This document shows positions 18,440-28,236 of a stretch of 64,000 nt of DNA, piece by piece. A model generated the notes under the pieces. It was not told where the DNA came from and did not search any database. It worked only from the letters and a program-made list of their open reading frames with translations. The stretch covers positions 132,205 to 196,204 of the forward strand of contig JANRIL010000042.1 in assembly GCA_033764955.1 (NCBI GenBank), in the 5' to 3' direction. The position numbers and the translations under genes were made by a program. The stretch's first letter is position 1; each line of letters begins with the position of its first letter. The DNA comes from Cyanobacteriota bacterium. GTDB taxonomy: Bacteria; Cyanobacteriota; Cyanobacteriia; Thermostichales; Thermostichaceae.

Positions 18440-20320
18440 ATGACAATAACCTCCCCAGCCCCCCTTTCCGAATCCAGCACTACTCTCTATTCGGTTTGGC
18501 AAATTTTGGCAGAGCAGCACGGCGACCTAATGGCGCTACGGGATCCCCATGCTCAGCCCGTCTTAGAAATCACCTATGCCCAGTTGTTTACGCAAATTCA
18601 ATGGTTTGCGGGCGGGTTACAAGCTCTAGGGGTCAAGCCTGCCGACAAGGTTGCCATCATTGCCGATAATTCTCCTTATTGGTTGGTAGCCGATCTGGCC
18701 ACCCTCTTTGCGGGAACGGTGAATGTGCCCCGTAGCGCCACAGCAGATGCCCAGGAAATTGACTACATCATCCGCAACACCCAATGTACGACGGTGATTG
18801 TGGAAAATCTAAAAACCTATCGGCGCATTCATGCCACCCTCGAACAGGCGGGGATCCCACGGGTGATCCTGCTTTCCGACGAAACGGCAGATGCCCTGAT
18901 CAATTTTCCGCAACTGCTGGAGAAAGGACGCGCCCACGGGTTTGAGGCTCCGTCCATAGAACGGAGTGATTTGGCAACGATCATCCATACCTCCGGCACG
19001 AGTGGACAGCCCAAAGGAGTGATGCTGACCCACGGCAACCTGATGCACCAAGTGGAATATTGTGAAGTGGTGGTGCAACCCAAACCTGGCTATCGGGTGC
19101 TGGCGATTCTCCCCACCTGGCACTCCTACGAACGCTCCTGCGAATACTTTTTGCTGAGCCGCGCCTGCACCCTCATCTACACCCAACCCCGCCATCTCAA
19201 GCAGGATCTGCGGCAGGAAAAACCACACTTCTTGATTGCCGTGCCCCGCATTTGGGAAACCCTCTATGACGGCATCCAAAAAAATCTGCAAGAACAAAGC
19301 CCCTTCATGCAAAAGCTGGTCACGCAACTGTTGGGGATCAGTGAAGCCTTTGTCTTAGCCCGCCGCATCGCCACGGGGCAGTCTATTCAGCATCTAGAGG
19401 CTAATCCTAGCCAACGCTTGCTGGCGCAGCTCCAGATGCTCACCCTTTACCCGCTGCATCAGATTGCCAATCGCTTGATTTACCGTAAAATCCGGCAAGC
19501 CCTCGGCGCTAACTTCCAACACGCCATCAGTGGTGGGGGATCCCTACCCGCTTATCTCGACTTGTTCTATGAGATTGTGGGCATTTCCATTCTGAATGGC
19601 TACGGACTGACCGAAACCTCCCCGATTTTGGCGGCTCGTCGTCCCGATAACAACGTGCGGGGAACCGTTGGCCCCCCCCTGCCCAAAACCCAGTTCAAAA
19701 TTGTCCATCTCGAAACGGCGGATCCCCTCCCCCAAGGAGAAAAAGGTGTGATTCTAGCACGGGGACCGCAGGTAATGCAGGGCTACTACAACAACCCCAC
19801 CGCTACTGCCAAAGTGCTTTCGGAGGATGGTTGGTTTAATACCGGAGACTTGGGCTGGCTCACCCCCGATGGGCAACTGGTGATCACCGGTCGCGCCAAA
19901 GACACAATTGTGCTGATCAATGGAGAAAACATCGAGCCGCAACCCTTAGAGGATGTCTGCCTGCAATCCCCTTATCTACAACAACTTGTGGTGGTCGGGC
20001 AGGATCAAAAGAAACTGGCGGCACTGATCTATCCCAACCTGGATGCCCTAAAAGCCTGGGCAGAAAGCGAGCAACTGAGTTTTGCCCAATCCGAATCAGA
20101 GCTCCTGGCTAGTGCTCAAGTGCGTAGCTTGCTTCTGACCGATTTGCAACAACGCATCCGCCAGCGCCCTGGCTATCGTCCCGATGACCAGATCAGTGAC
20201 TTCCGCTTTGTACCCGAACCCTTTAGCATCGACAACGGGCTGATGACTCAAACCCTCAAGATCAAACGCTTGCAGGTCAATGAGCGTTATCAAGATCTGA
20301 TTCAGCAGATCTATGCCTGA
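18440..20320 (+). CDS. aas: Acyl-ACP synthetase / long-chain acyl-CoA synthetase
   Basis: 'IHTSGTSGQPKGVMLTHGN', 'GYGLTETSP', 'WFNTGDLG', 'GRAKDTIVLINGENIEPQPLED'. Confidence 0.9.
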   Translation: MTITSPAPLSESSTTLYSVWQILAEQHGDLMALRDPHAQPVLEITYAQLFTQIQWFAGGLQALGVKPADKVAIIADNSPYWLVADLATLFAGTVNVPRSATADAQEIDYIIRNTQCTTVIVENLKTYRRIHATLEQAGIPRVILLSDETADALINFPQLLEKGRAHGFEAPSIERSDLATIIHTSGTSGQPKGVMLTHGNLMHQVEYCEVVVQPKPGYRVLAILPTWHSYERSCEYFLLSRACTLIYTQPRHLKQDLRQEKPHFLIAVPRIWETLYDGIQKNLQEQSPFMQKLVTQLLGISEAFVLARRIATGQSIQHLEANPSQRLLAQLQMLTLYPLHQIANRLIYRKIRQALGANFQHAISGGGSLPAYLDLFYEIVGISILNGYGLTETSPILAARRPDNNVRGTVGPPLPKTQFKIVHLETADPLPQGEKGVILARGPQVMQGYYNNPTATAKVLSEDGWFNTGDLGWLTPDGQLVITGRAKDTIVLINGENIEPQPLEDVCLQSPYLQQLVVVGQDQKKLAALIYPNLDALKAWAESEQLSFAQSESELLASAQVRSLLLTDLQQRIRQRPGYRPDDQISDFRFVPEPFSIDNGLMTQTLKIKRLQVNERYQDLIQQIYA

Positions 20321-20365
20321 GGAGTCAAGCCCAAAAGGGATCCCTTGGTGATGGACTAGGGATCC

Positions 20366-21034
20366 CTAGGGGCTAGGGGAAGGGCTGGGGCTAGGACTAG
20401 GACTGGGACTAGGACTAGGACTGGGACTAGGACTGGGACTAGGTGTTGGGGTAGGGTTGGGGTTGACAACCACGCTCATCACCGCACTATCACTGGCGGT
20501 CAACCCGGCAGCATCATAAACCTTAACCGTCAGGTTATAGTCCCCGACTGGCACAGAACTGGGGATCTCCACAGGGATAGCAGCGGTACAAGTTTGGGAT
20601 CCGGCTACACAGCCAACCGTGCCAGGGGTGTAGTCATAAATCAAGAAAACCGGAGCGTTAGCCGCCTCCACCCGAAAGGCTAGGGAACCATTCAAGCCTG
20701 CGGGAGTATTGGCAATCGCCAGTACCGTTGTAGTTAGCCCTTGATAAACCTGAGGCATCGCAGAAATCACCAGCGAGGAAGCCGCCGTGGGAGACGGGGA
20801 AGGAGTTGGAGTCGAGCTAGGGCTGGGGAGAGGGGTGGGCGTGGGCGTAAAGGAGGGAGTAGGGGTGAAGCTAGGGGTGGGGGTGCGCGTCACAATCGGG
20901 GCGGGGGTGATAGTGACGGTTGGACTTTCATCACTCTCCCCTTGGCAAGCTACCAAGGTGGGCACCACGATGGCTAAACCCCAACCCAACGTTGATAATG
21001 ACCGGAAAGTTTGCTTAACTGACGACATATTCAT
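20366..21034 (-). CDS. Putative lipoprotein with Pro/Thr/Ser linkers and an Ig-like beta domain
   Basis: Lipobox 'LVAC'; TP/SP tracts; 'GDYNLTVKVYDAAG'; ends in (SP)n. Confidence 0.7.
   Translation of the reverse strand: MNMSSVKQTFRSLSTLGWGLAIVVPTLVACQGESDESPTVTITPAPIVTRTPTPSFTPTPSFTPTPTPLPSPSSTPTPSPSPTAASSLVISAMPQVYQGLTTTVLAIANTPAGLNGSLAFRVEAANAPVFLIYDYTPGTVGCVAGSQTCTAAIPVEIPSSVPVGDYNLTVKVYDAAGLTASDSAVMSVVVNPNPTPTPSPSPSPSPSPSPSPSPSPSPSPSP
20369..20445. repeat. Coding hexanucleotide-type repeat (GGACTA/GGACTG) encoding (Ser-Pro)n
   Basis: Repeat visible directly in the sequence. Confidence 0.85.
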
Positions 21035-21251
21035 CGATTCATCTCCTACACGAAACCGGATGCTAGAAGAACCCAGCACCACGGGGTAGTGCAGGGATAC
21101 GTGACTGAGAATTAGGGGCAGACTTGGAGAAGCCTGTAAAATCAGAACCCAAGAAATACTATAGGTAGTGTCTATCCAAATCGTCAAACACTACATAAAG
21201 GTTTAATAGCCGCCCAGACTTTTCGTTTGTCAGGCACCATCTGGAGGCAAC

Positions 21252-21314
21252 AAAAAATACACCCCCCTCATTTCTGAGAGCCACCATCGGGGATCCCAGA
21301 TCTGGAGGGGGGTG
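21252..21314 (-). terminator. Possible chlP terminator
   Basis: CACCCCCCTC (21260-21269) / GAGGGGGGTG (21305-21314) stem followed by a T-run on the minus strand; the loop is long. Confidence 0.45.
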
Positions 21315-21331
21315 GGGAGAGGCGGGGATCC

Positions 21332-22552
21332 CTAAGGAGCCAGGGCATTCCCCCGCAGCAGACTGCCGATGGTTTTGGCCGTGACCTTGAGTTGTACCCA
21401 GGGATTCATCGGCACCACGGTTTTGTAGAGATAGCTCTCAAAGGTCATTTTTTGTACGTCTTTGTCGGCGCACATCTCCACAAACGCCTCACGGGTGGCA
21501 TCGGATCGATAAAACACTTGCTGCAAAATATCCAACACCTTGTAGGTCATGCCGTATTGCCGATCCCAGCGTTTCAGATATTGCTTGAGATCTCCTTCCG
21601 TTGGGATCCGTTGTCCACCTCGGGAGGTTTCCACAATCGTTTCCCCACACATCCGCCCCGATTTGGCGGCAAAATAGATGCCCTCTCCGGACGACTTGGT
21701 GACATATCCGGCGGCATCCCCCACCAGGGCAGCTCGTCCCACCACACGGCGAGGGCGAGGATGTTCGGGGATGGGATGAGCTTCCACTTTAATCACCTTG
21801 CCGCCGCGAATTCGTTCGGCAGCTCTGGCGCGGATCCCCGCTTGCAGCTTCTGGATATCCGCTTGGTGAACCTTCATTGTGCCCGTCCCCACCGCCACAT
21901 GATCGGATTTGGGAAAGACCCAGGCATAAAAATCGGTGGAGACATCATCCCCCACATACATCTCCGCTCGATCCTGGTAATAGGCCATTTTGTCTTCCGG
22001 GATCCGCACCCGCTCTTGAAAAGCTAAGGCATAGTTATAGTCACCTGCCCCCATGGCTTCCGCGACTTTGGAGTGAAAGCCGTCCGCTCCCACCACTAGA
22101 TCCACCTGCAACTGTGCCGACTGTCCGGTTGCTCCCCCCTGAGAAAAATCGCTGTAGGTGATCACATAGGGATCCCGATCCTGTTTGGGAATATCCAAGT
22201 GGAGGACTTTGCCGTTGATCAGCTTAGCCCCCAGCGATTGGGCTCGTTGACGCAAAAAGCCATCCAGAATTTCCCGCCGACACATGCCAATAAATTCGTC
22301 TTCTTTGTCGAGGGCAATATCCACCTCATAGTTAGAGGGGGAGATCATCTTCATCTTGCGTACCTTGCGGTCGATGATCTCAGGCGGCAAGTCAAACTCC
22401 TGCACCATACAAAGGGGGATCGCCCCGCCACAGGGTTTGGCATTGTCTAATTTCCGCTCAAACAAGTAGGTTTCGATGCCCGCTTTCGCCAATACTTCTG
22501 CCGCAGAAGATCCGGCGGGGCCTCCGCCCACAACAGCAACTCGTAGGGTCAA
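21332..22552 (-). CDS. chlP: Geranylgeranyl reductase
   Basis: 'RVAVVGGGPAG', 'NAKPCGGAIPLCMV', 'IPEHPRPRR', 'GEGIYFAAKSGRM', 'LLRGNALAP'. Confidence 0.98.
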   Translation of the reverse strand: MTLRVAVVGGGPAGSSAAEVLAKAGIETYLFERKLDNAKPCGGAIPLCMVQEFDLPPEIIDRKVRKMKMISPSNYEVDIALDKEDEFIGMCRREILDGFLRQRAQSLGAKLINGKVLHLDIPKQDRDPYVITYSDFSQGGATGQSAQLQVDLVVGADGFHSKVAEAMGAGDYNYALAFQERVRIPEDKMAYYQDRAEMYVGDDVSTDFYAWVFPKSDHVAVGTGTMKVHQADIQKLQAGIRARAAERIRGGKVIKVEAHPIPEHPRPRRVVGRAALVGDAAGYVTKSSGEGIYFAAKSGRMCGETIVETSRGGQRIPTEGDLKQYLKRWDRQYGMTYKVLDILQQVFYRSDATREAFVEMCADKDVQKMTFESYLYKTVVPMNPWVQLKVTAKTIGSLLRGNALAP

Positions 22553-22955
22553 GATCCTATCTCCTTATGCCAGTCATGCCATCGTCAATACCGTTTAGCC
22601 ATCGTTTTAGAGGGATCCCGATCAGGTTCCCCGCCCCCCGCACTGGCTGAAAACTGCTGGCATCGTATCACAGCTTTTTGGAGCCACCTGGCTTCCGTGA
22701 CAAAGTGTATCGGAGAAAGAGCCAGAAGGATTGTGGGTTAAGGCTTAGGGAAGTTCCTCGGTTAGAGACCAACCGTTAAAAAGGGTAGCCCCAAAGGGGA
22801 GACATTATGCGACAGTATTAAAGGGTAAAGATAAGTCAAGGAACTGAGAAATTCAGTGGGGATCAGGACAAGTTACGATCAATCCGAAAAAATCGGAAAA
22901 CGGCTCTTGTCTATTAAGTGTTTGGTAGGTTAGTTGAGATCAGGAGCATTGAGCT

Positions 22956-23543
22956 TTGCAGGATCAAGTAGATGCCCGTGAGCGGCTACTCAACGCGGCG
23001 GAAAAACTATTTCGAGATAAGGGATACAACGCCGTCACCATGCAGGATGTCGCCAAAGAGGTTGGCATTCGTCAGGCATCGCTTTACTACCACATCACCA
23101 GTAAAGAACAATTGTTTGTAGAGGTGATCGAGCGGATTTGTCAGCGCCATCACATCGGACTAGAGCAAAAATTACAGATGGCCGAAGCCAATCTGCAAAG
23201 TCAGCTCCGAGCCGCCACAGAATGGTTTACCTCACAGCCTCCCCTGCATCTTTTTAGTTTGATGCACTCTGACTTGCAAGCCTTAAGTGAAGCCAACTTT
23301 CAGCAGTTATTTGCCAGCCTCTCTCAATCAGTGTTTGCCCCGCTCATGCAAATTTTTGTAACAGCCCAACAGCAAGGCGAGATCCGTCCGGTGGCTCCCT
23401 CCACCTTAGCTGGCTATTTTTTGGCGGTGATGGATAGTGCCGCCTTCAGCAATACCCGTTGGGGCAGCACAGCGGCGCGGGAGGTGATTGCTGAGGAAAT
23501 GGTTTCGATTTTGGTAGATGGCCTGCGCCCCCGCTCCACCTGA
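22956..23543 (+). CDS. TetR/AcrR-family regulator
   Basis: 'AAEKLFRDKGYNAVTMQDVAKEVGIRQASLYYH..SKEQL'. Confidence 0.92.
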   Translation: MQDQVDARERLLNAAEKLFRDKGYNAVTMQDVAKEVGIRQASLYYHITSKEQLFVEVIERICQRHHIGLEQKLQMAEANLQSQLRAATEWFTSQPPLHLFSLMHSDLQALSEANFQQLFASLSQSVFAPLMQIFVTAQQQGEIRPVAPSTLAGYFLAVMDSAAFSNTRWGSTAAREVIAEEMVSILVDGLRPRST

Positions 23544-23575
23544 GAACTTTACCTGAAAAGATGCTGAGGGGCTAT

Positions 23576-24721
23576 TTAGGTTTGCTCAGCAGGGTGCTCA
23601 GGGTTAGCCTCGGCCTCTTCTGGACTGAGTCTTGGGGGGTGCTGGGTCTTGTCTGGGGGGAGATCAGAGGGACTCAACTGCAAAACCACTGAGCCTTCCG
23701 CCAGAGTAGGGGATCCCTGCCAAGGATCCAACACATCATGAATCAACACCTCTTGAATCCAGACCTGAGCCACCGCTGCCAAAGGAACGGCCAAAAACAG
23801 ACCCAACACCCCAAAAAAGGTTGCCGACAACACCTGCGCCAGCAGCGTAAATCCGGGTAGTAGGGCCACCTGCCGCGACATGATAATCGGGGTTAAGACA
23901 ATACTTTCTACCTGCTGAATGGTGATGTAGAGGATCAGCACGGCAATCGGTTTCCAGGCAGAATCGGTGAGGGCTACCGTCAGGGGGGCGACTACGCTCA
24001 AGGTGGGACCGATATTGGGAATAAAGTTGAATACCCCCGCTAGCACCGCATTAGCTAACACTAAGGGCACTCCCAAAATAGCCAGCCCAACCCCACTCAG
24101 GCACATGACTAAGGTACTGGTCAAGAGGATCCCTAACAGCCATCCCCGCAAAGAGACCTCGCAGCGCTGCAAAATGTGGCGGATACGGGGGCGATAAAAA
24201 GCAGGAAACAATCGGATAAAGGCATTGATATAAGAGTCGGGATCTACCAGCAACAGCACGGTTAAAATCACCACCAAAAATAAATTGATAAATACATTGA
24301 GGGAGGAGGAGAAAAAAGAGAGGGAGCGGCTGATTAGTTGAGACGTTTGGGGAATGAGGGTATTAAACAGCTCTTGAACACTCGGCAACTCAAAATCGGT
24401 GGGCAGGTTAGCTAATAAACCCTCCGCCAGTCGCTGGGCACGTCCGATCCCATCGGGCACCAGCGTAAACAACCGGCCAAACTGCTCCACAAGGGGAGGC
24501 AAAATGATGACACCCGCTAAAATGGCTGCTACCACTAGGGTTAAGGCCGTCATTGCTAAGGAAGGACCTCGACGAAAACCCAATCGTTGAGGCAGCAGGG
24601 AAAGCGTATCAACCGCTACGGCCAGCACAATCGCCCCAAACATCAACAACAAAATCTCGCGGATCTGCCAAAACAGATAGAGCAATCCCAGCAAGACAAT
24701 TAACAGCAGAGAGGGAGCCAT
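23576..24721 (-). CDS. AI-2E family transporter
   Basis: Hydrophobic; 'FNFIPNIGP', 'IQQVES..LTP', 'GVLGLFLAVPL'. Confidence 0.9.
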   Translation of the reverse strand: MAPSLLLIVLLGLLYLFWQIREILLLMFGAIVLAVAVDTLSLLPQRLGFRRGPSLAMTALTLVVAAILAGVIILPPLVEQFGRLFTLVPDGIGRAQRLAEGLLANLPTDFELPSVQELFNTLIPQTSQLISRSLSFFSSSLNVFINLFLVVILTVLLLVDPDSYINAFIRLFPAFYRPRIRHILQRCEVSLRGWLLGILLTSTLVMCLSGVGLAILGVPLVLANAVLAGVFNFIPNIGPTLSVVAPLTVALTDSAWKPIAVLILYITIQQVESIVLTPIIMSRQVALLPGFTLLAQVLSATFFGVLGLFLAVPLAAVAQVWIQEVLIHDVLDPWQGSPTLAEGSVVLQLSPSDLPPDKTQHPPRLSPEEAEANPEHPAEQT

Positions 24722-24913
24722 AGGGGCAACAACCAATAGCGAAGAGGGCAGGCACAAAGCATCAACGGTTCGGATGTCGCCTATTTAGGTTGACCCTACT
24801 GGGAAAATTGAGCAGGTAAGACGACCTCAACGTTACGAACCTTATCACCTCTCTGAGGGGAGAAACTAGATCTGGTAGGGTTAGCTTTAGTTCTTCTCGC
24901 GGATGGTAAACCG

Positions 24914-25030
24914 ATGACTGCTGCCTACCTGCAACCCTATATGGTCTTAACAACCTGCTGGTTACTGCCTGCTGTCTCTATGGTCGCCCTTTTCCTTTGG
25001 ATTGAGCGGGGCAGTCCCTCAGCCGACTAA
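24914..25030 (+). CDS. psaI: Photosystem I subunit VIII (not in the ORF track)
   Basis: Translates to MTAAYLQPYMVLTTCWLLPAVSMVALFLWIERGSPSAD (38 aa), matching the PsaI pattern 'AAxL...W..P...M..LFL.IE'; convergent with psbJ. Confidence 0.85.
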   Translation: MTAAYLQPYMVLTTCWLLPAVSMVALFLWIERGSPSAD

Positions 25031-25090
25031 GGGATCCCGACAAACCGTTTTCAGGCATCCTTGTTAAGCCTAATCAAAAAAAACACAATT

Positions 25091-25127
25091 AAAAAAGGCC
25101 GCTCCTTATTGAGAGTGGCCTTTTTTT
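25091..25127. terminator. Bidirectional intrinsic terminator between psaI and psbJ
   Basis: AAAAAA-GGCCGCTC-loop-GAGTGGCC-TTTTTTT. Confidence 0.85.
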
Positions 25128-25181
25128 GAGATCCCTACGGTAATCTCAGGTGGTCGATTAAGGAGGGGCAGGGATCCGTTT

Positions 25182-25301
25182 TTACATCCCCGAACCCACA
25201 CCCACATAGGAGCCATAGAAAAACAGGCCGACCACCGTCAATACTCCTAATCCAGCGACGACCGCCACAATCCACAACGGGATGCGTGCTTGACTCACCA
25301 T
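25182..25301 (-). CDS. psbJ: Photosystem II protein J
   Basis: [39 protein letters not shown] (translated by hand). Confidence 0.96.
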   Translation of the reverse strand: MVSQARIPLWIVAVVAGLGVLTVVGLFFYGSYVGVGSGM

Positions 25302-25518
25302 GATATTCAGTCTCCCAAAATGTGATGATGCGAAATTTAGATCAAACCAACCACTTTCAGCGAACCATGTCCACTAAGTCTACAAATGATTTTCCCGGAC
25401 TTGTCCGGATTTATCCCATTATTTTTGAAGGTATTTTCTGAGTAGGGGAACGTTCCCCATCAACACCGTTGTCAGCCAGGGTGCCACTCAACTTTTGTCC
25501 TCTACTACTAGTTCAATG

Positions 25519-25644
25519 CTAGTTCAAAAAGTAGCTGGAAAACAAAAGTCCAGTCACAAATATCAGCAGTAAACCGAGGAACAAAGACGTCCGGTTTAGC
25601 TCAACGGGTTGGGAATTTGGATTTTTTTGAGGTTGATCAGCCAT
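25519..25644 (-). CDS. psbL: Photosystem II protein L
   Basis: [41 protein letters not shown] (translated by hand). Confidence 0.97.
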   Translation of the reverse strand: MADQPQKNPNSQPVELNRTSLFLGLLLIFVTGLLFSSYFLN

Positions 25645-25650
25645 GAAAAG

Positions 25651-25788
25651 TTACCGTTGGAGAAATTGCATAGCGGCGATGGATCCCAAGAAGAAAACCG
25701 TCGGGATACCTAGGGTGTGAACAGCTAGCCAGCGCACCGTAAACACGGGATAAAAAACTGGCTCGTCGTTGGAAGAAGAACTTTGCAT
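25651..25788 (-). CDS. psbF: Cytochrome b559 beta subunit
   Basis: '[33 protein letters not shown]'. Confidence 0.98.
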   Translation of the reverse strand: MQSSSSNDEPVFYPVFTVRWLAVHTLGIPTVFFLGSIAAMQFLQR

Positions 25789-25888
25789 AGGTTGGGAATT
25801 TTTCAGTTCAGATGGATAAAACAAGATCAAACCAATTGACAAACATCACAGGCAACCCGGCTAGGGATCCCTAAAGGTGGGTTCTATC

Positions 25889-26134
25889 CTAGGGTGCAAG
25901 TTTTTCTAGTTCGCTAGCGGCATCATAGCGATCCTGCAAAATCGGTAATTCTTGCCGATCTGCCGCAAAATACTCACTGGGTCGGGGAGTGCCAAAGACA
26001 TCGTAGGCGAGTCCTGTACTCACAAACAACCAGCCTGCTAAAAATAAAGCAGGAATAGTTAGGGAATGAATGACCCAATAGCGAACACTCGTAATAATGT
26101 CGGCAAAAGGGCGTTCCCCCGTATTTCCAGACAT
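25889..26134 (-). CDS. psbE: Cytochrome b559 alpha subunit
   Basis: '[27 protein letters not shown]...FGTPRP'. Confidence 0.98.
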   Translation of the reverse strand: MSGNTGERPFADIITSVRYWVIHSLTIPALFLAGWLFVSTGLAYDVFGTPRPSEYFAADRQELPILQDRYDAASELEKLAP

Positions 26135-26411
26135 CGAAGCTCCTCCAAAAACTGGAACAGGTTAATGTTTCAACCATATTATGATAGCGATTGGTCACTC
26201 CCACCACAAAAATCTGAGAATCTCCTCTTCTTTGTAAAGTTTCGTTGCGATTCTTGCCGCTCTTCTTGATAACCTCCCTTCTGGAGAAAATGGGTTTGCG
26301 GGCAAACCGGAAGAGTTACGGCTTAGCGTAGGCAGTCCCTGTCTTTTCCCTCTTGAAGTGGGCAACTGGCGATGGGATAAGCTGACAGCAAAGGCTCGTT
26401 ATGGTTTTGTT

Positions 26412-28220
26412 ATGGGTTGTTTTTCCTCGGCGCGGCTGTGGTTGATAGTGGTTTCGGCGGGGTTAGTTGGCCTGACCTCCTCCCCAGCTTTCTCCCAAAC
26501 GGCGATGCCATCCTCCACGCCAATCGGCAATGCCACCCCTTCTGGGGATATCTCCTGGACACAAGCCTATGCCACCGCTCTCGAAACCCAAACGGACTTA
26601 GTGGTCAACGGAGAACCCCTCAGCAATACCCTAACCCGCATTGAGCTGGCGGGTTGGCTAGCGGAATTTTTTGGCTATATTCCGGATCGCACTCAGGCTC
26701 AGCCCATCCGTGACATCGAAGCCGACACCCCTGACTATTGGACAGCCCAAGCCCTCTTGCAGTCGGGAGTGATGCGTTTGTATGACGGATCCGAATTTCG
26801 TCCGTTGGGTAACATCACCAAGCTAGAAGCCCTTGCCATCATGGTGCGGGCGCTCCAGGTGGCTCCCCCCGATGCCCCCGTGATCGATGACTGGCTGGCT
26901 CAATATCAAGATGCTGGGGAAGTGCCGGAGGTGGGACGAGCCTTTGTCGCCATGGCTGGGCAGGCAGGTTTGATTTTGAATGTGCCGGATCCCCAGAAGC
27001 TCTCCCCCAATTTGGTGTTGCGGCGGGGAGAAGGTGCCGCTTTGCTGCATCAAACCTTGGTGGCCAGAGGGCTGTTGACACCGCTCTCTCCTCCGGTGGC
27101 ACAGCTAGTGCCCGCTTCTGCCCCCATCGCCGCCACCACCCCGACCACCGGGATCCCTAATACCTCCCCTGAGTCCGGCAAACCAGAGATTTTGGCGACG
27201 CGGCTAACTCCTGAAACTGGCACGATTCCGGCAGGGGGATCCCTGACTATCGAAATGCAAGGCACGGCCAACGGGGAAGCCATTGCCGATATCAACGGCA
27301 CGGTTCAAGGCATCCTGATGACGGAGGTTAGTCCTGGGTTCTACCGCGCCACCTACAGCCCTACGTTGGATGACGCTTACCCCAGCCCCGATATTGGTAT
27401 TCAACTGACGGTGAATGGGGCAAGCACCCGTGTCCAGCAGCGCCAGCCGCAATTGGTGATTGGCAATGCCGCTCCTCCGCCTGTCAATACGGCAGTCTTT
27501 CCCAACGGAAACGGAGTTGCTACACCGATTCCACCGGCAACACCCCCCTTGGGATCCGTCTCTCCACCCCTGCCGCTTGCCGCCAACACCCCTCCCTTGT
27601 TTAACGGCATTCAGATTCAACCCCAGCAAAATTTGCAGGAAGGCGATATCCTCACCGTCAGTGTTTGGGGAGTTAGTGGAGGTATCGCGCAGTTTAGCGT
27701 GGGAAATTTTGCTTCAACCCAACCGATGCGGGAAATCAAGCCCAATGTGTATCAGGGAACCTATGTCGTAGCCCCCAGTGACCGAGCCGTCAATCCTCCC
27801 ATTCAAATTTCCCTCAGCAAAGACGGACAAACCTCTCAACACCAAGAAATTTACCCCTTCACGGTAGATGGCTCGGTGGGGACTCGCTCCACGATTCAAG
27901 CGAGTAATCCGGCTCCGGCAGGGCAGGGACAACCTCAAATCACCTCCATCACCGTCAACCCTGCCAATCAACAACTGGAAGCAGGGGATATTCTCACCAT
28001 CACCATGAGGGGAGATATGTTGGGACGAGCTACTTTTGAAATTCTCAACTATAGCCCCCCCGTCGAGATGCAGGAGATCAGCCCAGGACTCTATGAAGGC
28101 AAGGTCAAGATCCCGGCCACAAGCCGCTCTATTACGAATGGCACTCTGCAAGTGAATTTGGAGCGCAACGGACAAAAAACCTTCAAAGCCAGCCCCTCCC
28201 CCATCAACATCGTGCCCTGA
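26412..28220 (+). CDS. Secreted S-layer-homology (SLH) domain protein with three repeated beta-rich domains
   Basis: Signal peptide; SLH-like 'LTRIELA', 'FRPLGNITKLEALAIMVRAL', 'LRRGEGAALLHQ'; three 'M.E..PG.Y' repeats. Confidence 0.75.
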   Translation: MGCFSSARLWLIVVSAGLVGLTSSPAFSQTAMPSSTPIGNATPSGDISWTQAYATALETQTDLVVNGEPLSNTLTRIELAGWLAEFFGYIPDRTQAQPIRDIEADTPDYWTAQALLQSGVMRLYDGSEFRPLGNITKLEALAIMVRALQVAPPDAPVIDDWLAQYQDAGEVPEVGRAFVAMAGQAGLILNVPDPQKLSPNLVLRRGEGAALLHQTLVARGLLTPLSPPVAQLVPASAPIAATTPTTGIPNTSPESGKPEILATRLTPETGTIPAGGSLTIEMQGTANGEAIADINGTVQGILMTEVSPGFYRATYSPTLDDAYPSPDIGIQLTVNGASTRVQQRQPQLVIGNAAPPPVNTAVFPNGNGVATPIPPATPPLGSVSPPLPLAANTPPLFNGIQIQPQQNLQEGDILTVSVWGVSGGIAQFSVGNFASTQPMREIKPNVYQGTYVVAPSDRAVNPPIQISLSKDGQTSQHQEIYPFTVDGSVGTRSTIQASNPAPAGQGQPQITSITVNPANQQLEAGDILTITMRGDMLGRATFEILNYSPPVEMQEISPGLYEGKVKIPATSRSITNGTLQVNLERNGQKTFKASPSPINIVP

Positions 28221-28236
28221 AATAGCGCAGAGATAG

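Noticed and set aside
22911..22928. TetR operator CTATTAAGTGTTTGGTAG
   Set aside because: Only 10 of 18 positions are palindromic; plausible position but too weak to call.
25390..25500. Small ORFs in the psbL-psbJ spacer
   Set aside because: Under 30 codons, non-ATG starts, and no resemblance to known PSII small subunits.
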